A DNA stretch of 56,077 bases from Octopus bimaculoides (GCF_001194135.2 NC_068982.1:30539625-30595701), one strand, 5' to 3'. Positions 36,011-49,689 are shown, numbered from the stretch's first letter. Made by a program: numbers and translations. Notes: generated from the letters alone by a model not told the origin.

Positions 36011-36228
36011 TATTAGTTAATTAATTTTTACAAGGAAACTTTCAAGCGTGACTTTGAAGCTGTTGAATGGCAGATCTGTTGTAATTAAGAAATTTGTTTC
36101 CCAACAGTGTGATTCCAGGTTCTGTCTGACAGCATGGAACTTAAGTATCATCTATCACAGCCCTGGGCCAATCAGTGACTTGTGAGATATTTGGTAAATG
36201 GAAATTGAAAGAAGCCCATTGTTTGTTT

Positions 36229-36272
<44 letters not shown>

Positions 36273-37228
36273 TGTTTAGAAAACTATGCTGGGCTGGTGT
36301 CAATGTTCGCAGCTTTCCAACAAATAGTGATATAATCATTTGCGTTTAGATTGAAATTTGTTGCAGTTTGTTGACATTTCTTACCTATAAATTGTCTGTT
36401 AGCTCTGTGTTTTCAGACTACTCTGCTATAAAATAATAAACAAACCTCTTAATTGGAAAATAGGTAAGGATTGGTGGCAGGAAGTGCATCTGGACAAAGA
36501 AATTTGCCTCCGCTCTACTCTCATCTATGCCACACTAGACTAGGTAAACCAACAAACAAACAACAAAACTATATACACACACTCATATATACATACATAC
36601 ACACGCACACGTACACACTCTCTCTCTCTCTCACACACACACACTCACACACACACACTCACACACACACACACTCACACACACACACACACACACACAC
36701 ATATTATAAGCAGCAATAATTGATTTTGCACAATGTCAATAGAAAGTATTAAATATATGCTTGCTCTTCTTAGTTGCACATACAATTTATTATTTTTTTT
36801 CCTCAGTACTTTTTTTTTAGTTGTATATATTTTGTTTATTTTATTTGGTATTTATTGATAGAGACTTTAATTAGCTGAAATTCCACCAAGTAAACAATCA
36901 TTTGGTGAAAAAAATAAAAAGAGAAAAAAAAAGGAAGATATAATTTATTTTGTCAACTATTTGTATTTTCTTGAAATTGTCTCTATGATGTCGTGTTATT
37001 GATTTATTTTATTACGTTTTGCTTTGTTTGTTGTTTTTGCGTGTTGTTTATTTTTAACTGCCTAGTTAGAAAAAAACGAAATTGCCTATTTACTTTTTTT
37101 CTGCTAATTTTACTCTTTTCCTATATTTATCTTGTAAATTGATTTTATGAATTGATAGTGGTATTTTGACAGGAAGGTGTTGCTATTTGTATGTACTTAT
37201 GTCTGTATGTTTACTATCTATATCTAAC

Positions 37229-37288
<60 letters not shown>

Positions 37289-37656
37289 TATATCTATAAA
37301 TAATATATTATAACCTATATACATACACTCACTTACACACACATATAGCATATTAATTTACAAGTGGAAAACAACAAACTTTTGGCGTAGTGAGAATTAT
37401 GAAGTGGCAACATAAGAATCTTTGGTTACATCTCCCCGATTCTCACTTATCCACAATGTATCATTTAACACCTATAAACTAATATGGTATTAATGTGCTC
37501 TATCGCTTATGGCATTATGCACTCTGTTTGTTTCCACTTGAAGAAGCCCATATTTTCTAGCATACAAGCTGAATTTTTGTAACCCAAATCTTCAGCCAAA
37601 AACAATAGGTTGATTTATACACCAAGACAATTTTGGAGGACCAAACATCCCATATA

Positions 37657-38276
37657 AGATAGCCATCCACTCGTGACTGAAGAAGGCCATTGCTGACCTT
37701 TAGTAACATTGTATGCTCTAGGACTAACTTATATTTTACTTTTGCGGCTCTGTTGGTGGCTAATGAGCCCTGCTCTTGACAAGCATACACAACTACAAAC
37801 ATTGCAAACCAAGCTTTCTCCATTCACTATGCTAGCAGTGAGCTTTCGAGCAGCATGCTTAAATTCTTCATGCAGAATACATCCTCTTTCAAAGCTGTCG
37901 ACCCCCCACCTCCTTAACCTGCTTCCTCCATCTGTGGTGATGACAGGCATTGCTCTCCCAATCGGTCTCCTGCATATCACAGGCTTTTAATGAGGGCTTG
38001 ACACAGTCCTTAAATCACAGACTTGGTTTCTGCTGGAGTCTCTTTCCACTTACAAGTTCCCCATATAGCATCTGTTTAGGGATCCTGCTATCCTTCATTC
38101 TAATAAGGTACCCAGTCCAACGTAACTGGTGCTTGTGCACCATTGCCTCAATACTCAAAATATCAGCTTTCCTCAGGACCTGTGTGTCTGGTGATTTTAA
38201 GGTCCCGCCAACATTCAAAATGTGTCTGAGACATCTCTGATGAAAGCTTTCAAGGACCTTTACATGACGTTTATAA
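37657..38276 (-). mobile_element. 5'-truncated RTE (BovB-like) LINE with an 18-bp TSD
   Basis: RHVKVLESFHQRCLRHIL...QLRWTGYLIRMKDSRIPKQMLYGEL. GACCAAACATCCCATATA occurs at 37639-37656 and 38277-38294. Confidence 0.9.
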
Positions 38277-38529
38277 GACCAAACATCCCATATATACACA
38301 CAGGCACACATACTCACCTACACATATATCATAGTATGTATATCTTTAGATATACAGCCAAGGTCTTTGCAAATTAAAAAATTACTCAGAATGTAACAAA
38401 AAAGCATAATATTTTATATTTCAAAAGAGGAAGAAAATGCAAGATGTTTCATCTGGAGAGCAGTACAGCCAAATCTGCATGCAACAAAGTGTAAAACATT
38501 GCATGCTTTACATTTTATATCTTTTATTC

Positions 38530-38825
38530 TTTACCTGTTTAAATTGTTACACTGTGGTCATGCTGGGGCATTGCCTTGAAGAATTTTAGTCGCATGAATC
38601 GGTCCCAGTATTTTTTTGATTTTTTTTTAAAGCCTGGTACTTATTCTGTCAGTCTATTTTGCTGAGCTGCTTAATTATGGAGATAAACAAACCAACACTG
38701 GTTGTCAAGTGGTGGTGGGGGACAAAAATTGACACACACATGCATATATGTATATACGATGAGCTTCTTTTAGTTTCCATTTATCAAATCCATTCACAAG
38801 GTTTTGGTCAGCCTGAGGCTATAGT
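38530..38825 (-). mobile_element. SINE family A (5'-truncated)
   Basis: Reverse-complement match. Confidence 0.8.
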
Positions 38826-39037
38826 AAAAAGCCTATCATATATGTATATATGTATGTATGCATCTATATAACTGTGTGTATGTATTCATATATGCATGTG
38901 TGTATGTGCACCAGTGTGTATATATATATATATATATATATATGCATGCTTCACATGATAGTTGCAAATGAGTGCTACCATCAAACAAGCACTATCATTC
39001 ATTTCCAATTTTCCATGAAAACATGCCCGGTCATGAG

Positions 39038-39420
39038 GAAGGTGCATGGCTCAGTGGTTAGAGCCACAATCATGAGGTAGTGAGTTCGATTCCCAGACTG
39101 GGCCATAAGAGCAGGATGGGGAGCATTCAGCTCAGTGAAGAATGTGCTGAAGGCAAACCTAGACAGTGCAACTCGTGCTATTATCTTCAACAGAACAGTT
39201 TCACCTGCAATGCTAGACACATGTGAGACTTGGGCCTTGACAAGGAGAGAACAACAACATCTTATGGTGCAGAGAGCCATGGAAATGTCGATGCTGGGAA
39301 TCTCACATAGAGATCACACTCAAAACGAAGAGATCAGGGATAGAACTGGAGTGAAGGATTTTGTTGCAGAATACCACCACACAAGGCTCGAATGGGCCAG
39401 TCATGTCACAAGGTTGACAA
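39038..39420 (+). mobile_element. SINE-C tRNA head (39038-39104) joined to an RTE ORF fragment (39105-39420)
   Basis: TGGCTCAGTGG and GTTCGATTCCC boxes, then IRAGWGAFSSVKNVL...MLDTCETWALT...RAMEMSMLGIS...EEIRDRTGVKD...LEWASHVTRL. Confidence 0.75.
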
Positions 39421-39689
39421 ATTTAATAGTGATAGAAAATGTTGGTAGATTCTAAAACTTGAAAAAGAAGTAAATTTTTTTTTTTATATTCATAACTAAA
39501 TTTTTGGCAGTCAAAAGCTACTGATGTGTACATTGATAAATAAATAGTTCAACAGAATGTCAGAGTATTGTAATTCATTTTATTCTGATGAAGACGGAAG
39601 TCAAATGTACAGCTTTTTATTGCTTTTCCTTTGCCAGTTCTTGAATACACAAAGGCATCTTTAAGAGGGCACAATACCCATAATTTTCC

Positions 39690-40014
39690 AGCGTCGCCTT
39701 CCTGGCACTTGTGCCGGTGGCATGTGAAAAGTCATTCGAGTGAGATCATTGCCAGTGCCGCTGGACTGGCTCCTGTGCAAGTGGCACGTAAAATACACCA
39801 TTTTGAGTGTGGTCGTTGCCAGTACCACCTGATTGGCCTTCGTGCCGGTGGCACGTAAAAGCACCCACTACACTCTCGGAGTGGTTGGCGTTAGGAAGGG
39901 CATCCAGCTGTAGAAACTCTGCCAAATCAGATTGGAGCCTGGTGCAGCCATCTGGTTTGCCAGTCCTTAGTCAAATCGTCCAACCCATGCTAGCATGGAA
40001 AGCGGACGTTAAAC

Positions 40015-40045
<31 letters not shown>
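39690..40045 (+). mobile_element. RTE-associated (ATG)n-tailed element
   Basis: Matches 19548-19875. Related shorter tails occur at about 10945-11070, 25570-25710, 40150-40365, 46565-46650 and 55975-56065. Confidence 0.8.
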
Positions 40046-40047
<2 letters not shown>

Positions 40048-40930
40048 TCTACTTCTTTGACTGAGAACGAAGATATGTGGCACACCAGAAGACCCACCCA
40101 AAACCAAGATCCTAAAACCAAGGTGCAATGTAAAAAGCTCTGGTGTGGGTGTAAAAAGTACTGGTGATGGTGCCATGTAAAAAGCACCCAGTACACTCAG
40201 TAAAATGGTTGGCATTAAGAAGTGCATCCAGCTATAGAAACCAAGCCAAACCAGACTATGGATCCTGGTGTGGCCCTTGATCTCGCCAGTTCCTGTAAAG
40301 CCTTCCAACACATGCCAGCATGAAAAACAGATGTTAAATGTTGATGACGATCATGATGATGATGTTTAAAAGCCAGACTTGCAACAATATGTCGATACAT
40401 ATAGAATCAATGCTTGTATAACACTTGCTTACTTTTTTTTTTTTTTGGTTAGGAATTACACATGAAAGGCTAAAATTTGATCATATCTCTTTGCTCTTGA
40501 TCGTTCTTCAACTTCAGATGCATTTTGACAATCATCAAGAACTTTTTGGATGGATAATTCACAGTGGAACTCTGTCAGTGACCAAATTATAGTTAGTGTG
40601 GTGAAAATCTTGCTGTCAAATAATAAATGTTTAAGTGCAGTTGAAATTTTTGAATGCTTTTGAGTGGCTAATATGTGCCTTCCATGATGTAAATGCTTTA
40701 GTTTCAACACAATTTCTCAGATCAAATCACTTGTCAGAAAAGTACGTTTCTGATATTTAGATGAATTTCTCACTAAATTTAATACACCATCAGTGAATTG
40801 AAGAGATAGTCATCATCTTTTAATGTTCAGTTTTCCATGCTTACATTGGTCAGACAGTTTATTTGAGGCAAATTTTTCTGTAGCTAGAGGCTCTTCCTGT
40901 CACCAGTCCTCACTTGTTGCTATTATGGGG

Positions 40931-40958
<28 letters not shown>

Positions 40959-40963
<5 letters not shown>

Positions 40964-41516
40964 GCTCTGATGCAGTACCAGGCAGTGGCTCTCGTGGCTT
41001 CTGATCTTAATTGACTGGAAGTGTTATCATGTACATTGTTTTGTCTTGGTATAAAAGATGGGCTACAGCAAATATTCTACTTAATACCACAGATTTGCTT
41101 GTCAGTTGTTTGACCTTAACCAGTTGAGAATGTCCCTTGGTGGCTGACGATATGTGCATCTCTGATCACAGGCAGTAGAGGGGGTGCATCATAGCCATGT
41201 GTTGAGAGGAGTTCTTTGGAGTTTGAATAATTCATCTTTGGAAACATGGGTGTTTTGCTCAACATCCTTAAACAAACCCTATTCAGGAACCTTTTGAGCG
41301 GGATGGGCTACTCGACCTGAAATAAATTCTAACTGAGCCCCACCTGCGAGGTCATGCACTGTTTATCCTGATATGAGACCACCATGTCACACATATATGG
41401 TTGTGATGCATGTCTCCAGTGTACCCTTATCAGATGGGTAGCCATGGTGGGTAATATTGGGCTTCGTATATTTGTACCCCAGTATCACTTTGATGGCATG
41501 CACTGCTCTCTCACTC
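40959..41516 (+). mobile_element. Unclassified ~560-bp non-coding element flanked by (TAA)n
   Basis: A second, 5'-truncated copy at 52195-52510 has the same 3' end (...CTCTCTCACTC|AATAATAA). No ORF. Confidence 0.7.
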
Positions 41517-41873
41517 AATAATAATAATAATAACAACAGCAACAACAACAACAACAATAATAATAATGGAACACTCCTTCCACTTAATGAGTGGTATGTG
41601 CTGGTTACAAAACTGTGACATAGGAAGTCGAGTCATTGAGAAGTCAGTGAAATCAATCATAGGTAGTCGTGTCTTTACTTGTCTAACTAACTATACTGCT
41701 ATACCGTAATGGACGTTATAACAGTCTGATGTTGGATTATAACAGTTTCCAAGCAAGGTAATAATTCCCCAAGGCCAGACATGTTCTTGTAGAATTTAGG
41801 AAATGAATGACACTGCTTATAAGACAGTAACGCTCATTTACGACTCTACTATATTATATCAAAACAAGGAGAT

Positions 41874-41941
<68 letters not shown>

Positions 41942-41996
41942 ACACACTCTCACACACACACTCACACACAATATTAGCTGAATTAATTTTTTAAGG

Positions 41997-43140
41997 CTAT
42001 GAAATGCAGCAAATTTTTTTTTCTCTTTTGTAAATTTTGGAAATGCTCAGTCTCAACTGCTTGCAACAAGTATTGATGACATTCTCAAACACTGAAATGT
42101 TCTTGATACTGGCTTTTCCATTCCAATATTCTAGTTTACTCATGAAAGCTTTCAAAGAATTATTGAATTTTATAATATTTGTATTCGTTCCTTCATCTGA
42201 AGATTGAGTTTCTTCAACTGCTGAAAATATCAATCAATCAGATAAGGAGCATGATCCCTTATTTTGCCATTCAGCCAAGCAAAACATTTCATCTCCTTCC
42301 AAATTTAAAGGAAATAAATCAGGCTCGCCTTTGAGCTCAAATATTTCTTTTGTTCTTAATCTTTTACTTCAGTCATTAGACTGTGGCCATGCAGGGCGTA
42401 CCACCTTGAAGGCTTTTAGTCAACTGAATTGACCCAGTGCTTAATTTTTAAAGTTTGGTACTTATTCAATCAGTCTCCATTGCCAAATCTCTAATCTATG
42501 GGGATGATAACAAACCCACATCGATTGTCAAATGACACAGACATACTCAGACATGCACACACACACGCACACACACACGCACACACACATGTACGACAAG
42601 CTTCCACAAACTTTCTGTCAACCAAATTCAAACACAAGGCATTGGTTGGCTGATAACTATCGTAGAAAACACTTGCTCAAGATTCACACAACAAAACTGA
42701 ATCCAAAAGCCATATGATTGCAAATCAAGCTTCTAAAACACATATACATGCCCTATGCCTTGTTCAATAAAGTTTCTATCTGAAAGCTATGGAACATTTG
42801 TGAGAGAGTGACTTGCATCCATGTCATTGCTTGAAAAACTTTGATTTTAGAACTTCTCCTTTGACAAAATTCCCAATTGGAATTGTTTCATAAAAACTCT
42901 TCCTTGGAAGTATTTTGGAGGCCAGTGACTCTTGGTGGATCATATAACGATTGTTGTTCAATTCTTGAGCTTGCCTTTCCATGCACTTGAAATTTGGATT
43001 TTGTTCCCAACATAGTTGGTACTCTATCTGAATAGCATCCACAGAAATTACTGAAGCTGCTTATGTTATAGCACCAGGTGTAGTAAAGAAAAAAAAAAGG
43101 CACATACAATCAGAGAAATTTTGATCAAACCTTGTGCTCT
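41997..43140 (-). pseudogene. Decayed hAT Buster/Charlie-type (FAM200/ZBED-like) transposase, split by a SINE A (42361-42750)
   Basis: CGCYSDRVPTMLGTKSKFQ (cf. CTDGAPAMLG), YMIHQESLASKILP...NFVKG (cf. HCxIHRxALA) and TNIIKFNNSLKAFMSKLEYW. Frameshifted; it may extend to about 43400. Confidence 0.75.
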
Positions 43141-44626
43141 CAAAATTGATGGGAAATTATATTGGGAAGTGGTTTGGAGGTAAAACTTGCAGTGGTTTTT
43201 CTATCAAAAGACGCTGTTCAAAGGACAATCAATGACATACCCCTTGACACCATGAATCAGGTTGTACAGGCAATCTAGCCTGCAGCACTTCACTTGTTTT
43301 CAGTTTGACTTCATGAATCTATAATTTAGCATCTTCTTTCCAGTTGCAGGTGTTTGCAAGGTTAATTTAAAGAGGATCTTCTCTTTCATTCTCATCTTGA
43401 AACAACCACCAAAGATCTTAGATATTTTAGAAAAAAATTTCATCTTTCATAAAACCATAAAATCGATGGATTTTAACTCTAAAACTCAAACATTTAATTA
43501 CAAATCTCACTAGATTGGTTTATAAGGGAAAGTAGTAGACCCAAAGCAAATATAGAGCTCTGACGAAATCAAACATTGAAAGCATATTCACAAGATGGTA
43601 ATGTGTATATCTAAATATAAGCCTGGTGTTCTTCCAGGATTCTATTAATACAACACACATCTTCTTCCTTAGTTTGTAGGTTCTTTTATTTGTGTTATCT
43701 TTCTAGAGATGAATGAGCTTTGGACGTACATTATCAAGATTTTGTTACTGTATCAACTTGTATCTCATGAATTGATGTTAGTACTTGTCACGAGATTTCA
43801 TTTATTTCATTTAGTTAAAAGTAAGCATGGTAGGGTTTTTTTTCTTCCACCTCCAAGACAGCTGCTGTTATAATGCATCCTTTAACATCAACTATAAGAC
43901 TTCTTTTATACCAGAAACCAAGTATTTGCTTTCTAACACCTAAAAGCTATAGACTGAACTTTGTGTAAAATAAATTTCCTTCAGTGTAAAAATAAATAGA
44001 TAAATAAATAAATAAATACTTGTATTACATCATGTGAGGTGAGGTGAAAAAGTAAAAGGTTATATGATAAAGTCCAAATGGTTTGTTTGTTATTAAATGT
44101 ATTTTATATTGAAGTTTAAAACACAATGCAGCATATTGACAGATTTTTACCAAATAGAAGATTTATTGAATTCCGTGAACAGAAATATTGTTTTGTAGTA
44201 ATACAACAATGTTAAAGATGTCAAATACATAAGAGAAAATACTTGGAAACAAGTCCTCCCCACACACACACACACACACAGAGCTCCCTCAGTGATTTCT
44301 GTTTCTTTGCTAAACCATACACATATTTAATAATACACAACTCATACATTCACAGGCAAAGACTCACACATATAAATTTATGAATTGTTTTTTTTTTTTC
44401 TTCAAATATTGCATTATCAAATCAAAATTACATTTGAATCAATTGACGAATACACAATTGCATTTAATTATGATATCACATTAATTTATTAATGAATTTA
44501 TTATGAATGAAATTGAACATTCTATGGGTGTCTGGGTTAATTTTTTCACAAGAATTAAGTGAATCTAAAATATTAAATAATATAATATTATTGGTGCACA
44601 GTAAATATTAATACTACTGCTATCAT

Positions 44627-44825
44627 TAAGGTAGTGACCTGGCAGAAACGTTTTGCAGCATTTTGTCTGTCTTTACATTCTGAGTTCAAATTCCACTGAG
44701 GCTGACTTGGCTTTTCATCCTTTCAGGGTCAGTAGAATAAGTACCAGTTGAACACTAAGGTTGATGAATTTGATTTATCCCCTCCCCTGAAATTGCTGGC
44801 TTTGTACCAAAATTTGAAATCAATA
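44627..44825 (+). mobile_element. SINE family B, tail-to-tail with the R4/Dong element
   Basis: B body ending in (ATT)n at 44824-44843. Confidence 0.8.
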
Positions 44826-44844
44826 TTATTATTATTATTATTAT

Positions 44845-46345
44845 AGGTAGGAACTAGGTAGGAACTAGGTAGGAATCATCCCCTTTTGCTATCATTCCTA
44901 AGACACATTTTGCTATCATTCCTAAGACACATTTTGCCAATTTCTATTTCATGATTTTTATACTTGCTCAATTTCTGGTAGGTCTTGACATATACATTTA
45001 TGTCGATTGGGGCAGTCATATCAATAAGGAGGCATGATTTTTATTTGAAGTCTTTCAATATAATGTCTGGCCTATTCGCATCTATCTTTCTGTCAGTTTG
45101 AATGATGAAGTTCCAGAGGAGTGAGATGTGATCATTTTGAAGTACTGGAGGTGGTTTGTGTTTCCACCAGTTTTTATCATGGGGCAGGTCCAGGTTTTGG
45201 CAAATTACCCAGTGAATATACTGTGCTGCTCTATCATGCCTGTTGAGATACTCTGTAGGTGCAAGAAGACTGCACATGGAGACAACATGATCAATGGTTT
45301 CATTTTGTTGTTGGCATATACGACATAATGGGGAGCTGCCGTTCTTTAATATGTTGGCTTGGTAGTTCTTTGTAGGTAGGCATTGATCTTGGGCTGCTAT
45401 GATAAACACTTCTGTTTCTGATTTTAAGCCAGAAGACACAAACCACTGATAGGTAAGGGCTTCGTCAACGTTGGCACTATTAGCTCTCTTTGGGTATTTG
45501 CCATTGATATGTTTTTTTTGCCATTTATCAGTAAGAATATCTAAGGCAGCAGTTTTAGCAACAGTTTTCATATGCTTAGCTTTTTCTATGCTGGTTTCCA
45601 ATACGTCTAATTCTGGAATTTGTTGTATTTCGAATTCACTTAGATATTCCTTTTCCTGTTTTGTTACTGAGTATGATGCTTTCTTGTTTTCGTGTTTTAA
45701 GACAAGTTTTAACATCCAGTCATCAGAGTTTTTCAGATAGGTGTCTAGGCCAATTGTGGCTACCTTCATTGTTAATTCCAGTTGTAAAAGTCCATGGCCT
45801 CCCTCTTTTCTTGGCAGGTAAAGTCGTTCTATATCTGCCTTTGGGTGTTGCATTCTGTGCATTGTCAACAATTTTCGTATTTTTCAGTCAAGATTACATA
45901 TTTCAGTAATTAACCAGTTAATGATATTGAAACTGCAAGTCAGGACCAGTATGGCTAAAGTATTGATCACTTCGATCTTGTTTCTTGCATTCAGCTCTGT
46001 CTTGAGTATTTCCCTTACCCTGTGATAACATTCTCTTCTGACCCTTTCCTTCATCACTGAATGCTTGATTCCATCACCTTTAAATACCCCTATGTATTTA
46101 TAACTCTCTGCTGGTTCTAACTCCTTTATGACATTCTGCTGGTCAAGATTAACGTTGGATGTTTCTGTCATTTTTCCTTTGATAAAGATAGCTTTTGCAC
46201 ATTTATTGAGGCCAAATTGCATCCTGATGTCATCACTGAATTGTTTAACAATCACTAGTAAGCTCTGTAGTTGTTCGTCATTTTTTGCAAAAAAATTTTT
46301 AATCATCCATGTAAATGAGATGATTTATATTTTTATCAAACATTT
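44845..46345 (-). mobile_element. R4/Dong-like non-LTR retrotransposon fragment (RT C-half, zinc knuckle, RLE)
   Basis: INHLIYMDD (YMDD at 46302-46313) then a frameshift; FGLNKCA, YKYIG, RLYLPRKEGGHGL, AAQDQCL, CRICQQQNETIDHVVSMC (CCHC), RHD and NRPDI. Both ends are truncated. Confidence 0.92.
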
Positions 46346-47504
46346 GTGAGTGTAGTGTATGGCAGCCTATTGTACTCTTATTTGTGTGTGTGTGTTTGTG
46401 TGTACGTGTGTGTTTGTGTGTGTTTTCACAAGTCTCCATGTTGATGCAATTTGAGAATTAATGAAATTTATTTATGTCCTGCAGAAGCAATATGTTTTGC
46501 AGCTTGGAAATCCAACATGCAAAGACCAATGGAATAAAGTACAACAAGTGAGATTTACTGTCAGCAAGAGCATCTGGCTATAGAATACTGCCTTAAGAAG
46601 TCTCATCTAACTCATACTAGCATGGAAACAATGAACATAAAAATGATGAAGACGGTAGAAACATCTGGCCCAGAGGTTTAACATCTGATTCAACAAAGCT
46701 TGTTTTGTTGTGTGGAAGATTTACTCCCTGCATTGATGGATGATAGCAGGCAGCTCTGATGTCACAGTGGAAAGGTCCAAAGCACCTACAGTGGTGCTTT
46801 ACTGCCTGACGAGACATCAATTCCTGGATTCAGAGATGAAGTGCTGCAGCACCCTCAGAGCACGTGTTCACTCTAAATGACTCAGAACAAGAACATTTAG
46901 CGATGGGAAATCAGAATGGCCCATAGATCTCCTATTGCCCTTTAATACAAGAGTGGGTAAGTGTCTCATCTCTCCTATAAAATTACAAATAAAATTTGTG
47001 AATAGATTCTTCCAGCCAAAACAAACTCAACATTTTCCACTGATATTTCAACAACCATACACGAAGACATCGCTTCCCTCTCCACCATAAGCTTCCTTTT
47101 CAAGTGGTACTTGTAAAAGTTGATGAAGATTTGTCTGGAAAGGAAACAGTTGTGTCAATCAATGTTCTTTATGATTTTTTATAGTCAGTATACACAAATA
47201 TTGTATGCTGTGCAGAATTTTTTTCTTGAGACAAAAGTATGTGGCGACTGACGACTGTGTAACAATCACAATTATTAATTACTGATTGAGAAAAATGTGT
47301 TGGCACACCCACGTGCACAAATCTGAAATAAAACAGTCTGGTGAGTGTTCTTTGAATTATATTCACCTTATAACCCTTTTTTTCATCATAACCAGAAACA
47401 AATACTGTGAAATATTTTGACTGACTCTCTTGCAATTCTCTCAATCCACTGCTATAACAATAATGATGGACTCTCCTATGGAAGTCAACATATGAATGTT
47501 CAGT

Positions 47505-47780
47505 TTTTTGCTGAACAGCCTGCACAAAGGATTTGTTTATAGTGATCATGCCACAAGTGATTTGCTTATTGAGTTTGTGCCACACGTTAGCCCACTCTCT
47601 CCATCAAATCGACATTGCCTGAACAGGTGTATAGTGTACTACGTGTCAGGTGTCATAGTGATTGCAGAGGAATGTGAAATGAAATGTTTTTGCTCAAGAA
47701 CACAACACACCACCAGGGTTTGTAACTGAAGTCATAATCTAGTGATCGCAAGTGCAACACCCTAACCACTAAGCCATGCA
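47505..47780 (-). mobile_element. SINE family C variant
   Basis: Similar to 5810-6090. Confidence 0.65.
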
Positions 47781-47854
47781 CCCCTCGCTAATAACAATGA
47801 TGATGATGATGATGATGACGATGATGATGATGATGATGATGATGATGATAATCT

Positions 47855-48040
47855 TTTTTAGTATAGGCACAAGGCCTGATATTTTGGGGAAGAGAGCAGG
47901 TGAATTAATTGTTTTATTGATCGTGACAGGATCAAAGGCAAAGTCAACCATAGTGGAATTTGAACTCAGATAATAAAGACTGATAAAATGCTGCTAAGCA
48001 TTGTGCCCAGCATGTTAACAATTCTACCAGCTTGCTGCCT
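47855..48040 (-). mobile_element. SINE family B next to a (TAA/TGA)n tract (48041-48190)
   Basis: Reverse-complement match. Further B copies occur at about 48570-48725, 51910-52120, 53355-53480 and 53575-53700. Confidence 0.75.
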
Positions 48041-48066
48041 TAATAATAATAATAATAATGATGATG

Positions 48067-48112
<46 letters not shown>

Positions 48113-48126
48113 TAATAATAATAATG

Positions 48127-48166
<40 letters not shown>

Positions 48167-48194
48167 TGATGATGATAATAATAATAATGATTTC

Positions 48195-48570
48195 ATTTAT
48201 TTGCCACAAATAAAGGATGAGGGGGGACAATACAGAGTCAGACATAAAGCGGGGGTTTACATATAATAATGAAATGATAAAAAAAAAACAAGTATACACA
48301 GTATACACTGGAAAAGAAGGGACATATGCATAACATACAAAGGTTTAAAAAAAAAGGGCAGGGGTTGATAGAGATGTGGCCCTTCTGATGCAGGAATGCC
48401 TCTAGGGATAATTGAGGAACCCCACTGTCCGAGATTTTCCTGAAACCCTAGGAGCAAGTACCCTCTCCAATTCCTTCTCTCCGATTCACAGGTCTACACT
48501 TAGAGAGGTACCATCCACTCTTACCATTTTCCCAACTTTCACTCACCTTTCAATAAACTCACTCAGATCC
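48195..48570 (-). mobile_element. Probable L1/Tx1-like LINE 3' end
   Basis: Minus strand reads FIER*VKVGKMVRVDGTSLSVDL*, then a UTR ending AATAAA...(ATT)n. Classification is from remembered similarity only. Confidence 0.4.
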
Positions 48571-48831
48571 TTTCTACTATAGGCACAAGGCCTAAAATTT
48601 TGGGAGAGGGATTAAGTCAATTGTATCGACTTCAGTACTCAACCCTAAAAGAAGGAAAGGTAAAGTCGACCTTGGCAGAATTTGAACTCAGAATGTAAAG
48701 ACAGATGAAATGGTACTGAGCATTTCTTATTTTTATGAGGTGAAGTGCAGTCTTTTGTTGTATTAGTGTTTGTATTGTGTGTTGTGTGTGTAATGCATTG
48801 GGTATCTGGCCTGCTGGTGTGAGATTATTTT

Positions 48832-48987
48832 AATGGATATTTGCTATCTGACACAGTACATTCTGGGAAGAGTCTGCACATTCCCAAGAACAAAAAAGAA
48901 CACACAATGTGGCATACACCCCAGCAACACAGAAGTGTATGCAGGTGATGCAGTAGAAGTTTGTCTGAAACTATCATCAAATGTTGA
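48832..48987 (+). mobile_element. Short 3' end of an R4/Dong-like element
   Basis: Decayed GT(V)HILGRV-like end plus a UTR ending TTGAATAATAAT. The UTR resembles 53120-53215. Confidence 0.5.
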
Positions 48988-48996
48988 ATAATAATA

Positions 48997-49055
<59 letters not shown>

Positions 49056-49059
49056 AATG

Positions 49060-49129
<70 letters not shown>

Positions 49130-49149
49130 TGATGATGATAATAATAATC

Positions 49150-49689
49150 ACAACAGAAAAAAGATGGTATAAACACATGCCAGAAAAGGTCACAGAAAAT
49201 GAGAAAGCAACCATACTATGGGACATGCCAATACACACAGATAGAGAAATTAAGGCCAATAGGCCAGATATAGTTGTCAAAGATCATGAAGAAACAAAAT
49301 GCTTTGTAATTGATGTATCAATGACAATGTTTCTATAAAATAAATGGAGAAACTTTCAAAATATAAAGACCTAGAAATAGAGGTAACTCAAATGTGGAAT
49401 CCAAAAACATAAACAATTCCTATCATAGTGGGTACATTAAGTATGATAAAAAAATATTCAGACAGATACATAACAAAAACACCAGGACTTACAATTATAT
49501 ATAACATACAGAAAATTGCACTACTAGGCACTGCACACATCCTGCTTAAAACACTTTCAATACAGTAACCATAAGAGCATCACAGCAAACCAGAGCACAT
49601 ACCCAAGGCACACAGAGCTGCGTTCAGTAGTGAAGTGAAAGCACGTTATAAAAATAAAACTACTGAATATTAACAATAATAATAATAAC

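Noticed and set aside
46690-46960. GC-richer segment with an SQWKGP motif (Gypsy integrase-like) and a GTAAGT donor
   Set aside because: The motif is too short, all frames have stops, and no other LTR-element motifs are present.
47169-47585. 138-aa minus-strand ORF
   Set aside because: The 5' part is SINE-C-derived, no domain was recognised, the implied 44-nt intron is implausibly short, and one ORF this long can arise by chance.
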